This document shows positions 62,101 to 64,000 of a stretch of DNA of 64,000 nucleotides, one piece after another. The notes under the pieces are model-generated. The model was not told the DNA's origin and did no database searches. It was given only the letters and a program-made list of their open reading frames with translations. A program made the position numbers and the translations under genes. The DNA comes from Eledone cirrhosa. Its lineage: Eukaryota. Location of the stretch: assembly GCA_964016885.1 (NCBI GenBank), contig OZ024743.1:174468001-174532000 (forward strand), read 5' to 3'. The stretch's first letter is position 1. Each line of letters starts with the position of its first letter.

Positions 62101-64000
62101 TAGGTAGTATTTGATATACTGTACCTGTTATATAGGATGTAGGTAGTCTTTGATATACTGTACCTGTTATATAGGATGTCGGTAGTCTTTGATATACTGT
62201 ACATGTTAAATAGGATGTAGGTAGTCTTTGATATACTGTACCTGTTATATAGGATGTAGGTAGTCTTTGATATACTGTACCTGTTATATAGGATGTAGGT
62301 AGTCTTTGATATACTGTACCTGTTATATAGGATGTAGGTAGTGTTTGATATAGTGTACCTGTTATATAGGATGTAGGTAGTCTTTGATATACTGTACCTG
62401 TTATATATGATGTAGGTAGTCTTTGATATACTGTACCTGTTACATAGGATGTAGGTAGTCTTTGATATACTGTACCTGTTATATAGGATGTATGTAGTCT
62501 TTGGTATACTGTACCTGTTACATAGGATGTAGGTAGTCTTTGATATACTGTACCTGTTATATAGGATGTAGGTAGTCTTTGATATACTGTACCTATTATA
62601 TAGGATGTAGGTAGTCTTTGATATACTGTACCTGTTACATAGGATGTAGGTAGTCTTTGATATACTGTACCTGTTATATAGGATGTAGGTAGTCTTTGAT
62701 ATACTGTACCTGTTACATAGGATGTAGGTAGTCTTTGATATACTGTACCTGTTATATAGGATGTATGTAGTCTTTGGTATACTGTACCTGTTACATAGGA
62801 TGTAGGTAGTCTTTGATATACTGTACCTGTTATATAGGATGTAGGTAGTCTTTGATATACTGTAACTATTATATAGGATGTAGGTAGTCTTTGATATACT
62901 GTACCTGCTATATAGGATGTAGGTAGTCTTTGATATACTGTACCTGTTATATAGGATGTAGGTAGTCTTTGATATACTGTACCTGTTACATAGGATGTAG
63001 GTAGTCTTTGATATACTGTACCTGTTATATAGGATGTATGTAGTCTTTGGTATTCTGTACCTGTTACATAGGATGTAGGCAGTCTTTGATATACTGTACC
63101 TGTTATATAGGATGTAGGTAGTCTTTGATATACTGTACCTGTTATATAGGATGTAGGTAGTCTTTGATATACTGTACCTGTTATATAGGATGTAGGTAGT
63201 CTTTGATATACTGTACCTGTTATATAGGATGTAGGTAGTCTTTGATATACTGTACATGTTAAATAGGATGTAGGTAGTCTTTGATATACTGTACCTGTTA
63301 TATAGGATGTAGGTAGTCTTTGATATACTGTACCTGTTATATAGGATGTAGGTAGTCTTTGATATACTGTACCTGTTATATAGGATGTAGGTAGTGTTTG
63401 ATATACTGTACCTGTTATATAGGATGTAGGTAGTCTTTGATATACTGTACCTGTTATATATGATGTAGGTAGTCTTTGATATACTGTACCTGTTACATAG
63501 GATGTAGGTAGTCTTTGATATACTGTACCTGTTATATAGGATGTATGTAGTCTTTGGTATACTGTACCTGTTACATAGGATGTAGGTAGTCTTTGATATA
63601 CTGTACCTGTTATATAGGATGTAGGTAGTCGTTGATATACTGTACCTGTTATATAGGATGTAAGTAGTCTTTGATATACTGTACCTGTTATATAGGATGT
63701 ACGTAGTCTTTGATATGCTGTACCTGTTATATGAGATGTAGGAAGTCTTTGATATACTCTACCTGTTATATAGGATGTAGGTAGTCTTTGATATACTGTA
63801 CCTGTTATATAGGATGCAGGAATTTTTTGATATACTGTACCTGTATTATAGGATGTAGGTAGTCTTTGATATACTGTACCTGTTATATAGGATGTAGGTA
63901 GTCTTTGATATACTGTACCTGTTATATAGGATGTAGGTAGTCTTTGATATACTGTACCTGTTACATAGGATGTAGGTAGACTTTGATATACTGTACCTGT
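50196..64000. repeat. 39-bp satellite array, about 354 units, continuing past the window end
   Basis: Consensus GGATGTAGGTAGTCTTTGATATACTGTACCTGTTATATA. GGATG at 50201 and at 63968 are 13767 bp apart, exactly 353 x 39. Confidence 0.98.

Noticed and set aside
50151-63257. Giant minus-strand ORFs (up to 1802 aa) of repeated VYQRLPTSYITGT or YSISKTTYILYNR, as a possible repetitive structural protein
   Set aside because: A 39-bp unit is 13 codons, so stop-free frames arise automatically. Two different frames are open, both are interrupted by stop variants (e.g. 50510, 57566, 54321, 57051), and variants are not clearly biased to synonymous changes in either. There is no unique N-terminus in view. 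RNA-seq or proteomics would be needed to revive this.
50196-64000. CRISPR-like array
   Set aside because: The units are contiguous with no unique spacers, there are no cas genes, and the context is eukaryotic.

Overview
Gene-free, repeat-dominated animal genomic DNA. The SINE types and the dense (TA)n/(TG)n/(TTA)n microsatellites suggest an octopus or related cephalopod; this is an inference. I see no host gene, RNA gene or CRISPR array. 1-20.4 kb holds four same-strand Tx1/L1-clade LINE copies (A-D), mostly joined through (TTA)n, plus an opposite-strand R4/Dong-like RLE retrotransposon that shares a microsatellite tail with copy B. 20.4-50 kb is a mosaic of a 40-bp minisatellite, a Buster/Charlie hAT remnant, a CRE-clade retrotransposon, a Penelope-like (PLE) RT/GIY-YIG remnant, two Merlin/ISXO2 fold-back derivatives, RTE-derived elements, tRNA-SINEs and several long near-perfect palindromes. 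Several short (TA)n-embedded elements carry complete minimal type I hammerhead ribozyme folds. 50.2-64 kb is a 39-bp satellite of about 354 units that stays in phase to the window end. The most notable points are the hammerhead elements (one duplicated as a palindrome), the (TTA)n-linked LINE cluster, the reciprocal Merlin fold-backs, and cis-elements conserved between diverged Tx1 copies.
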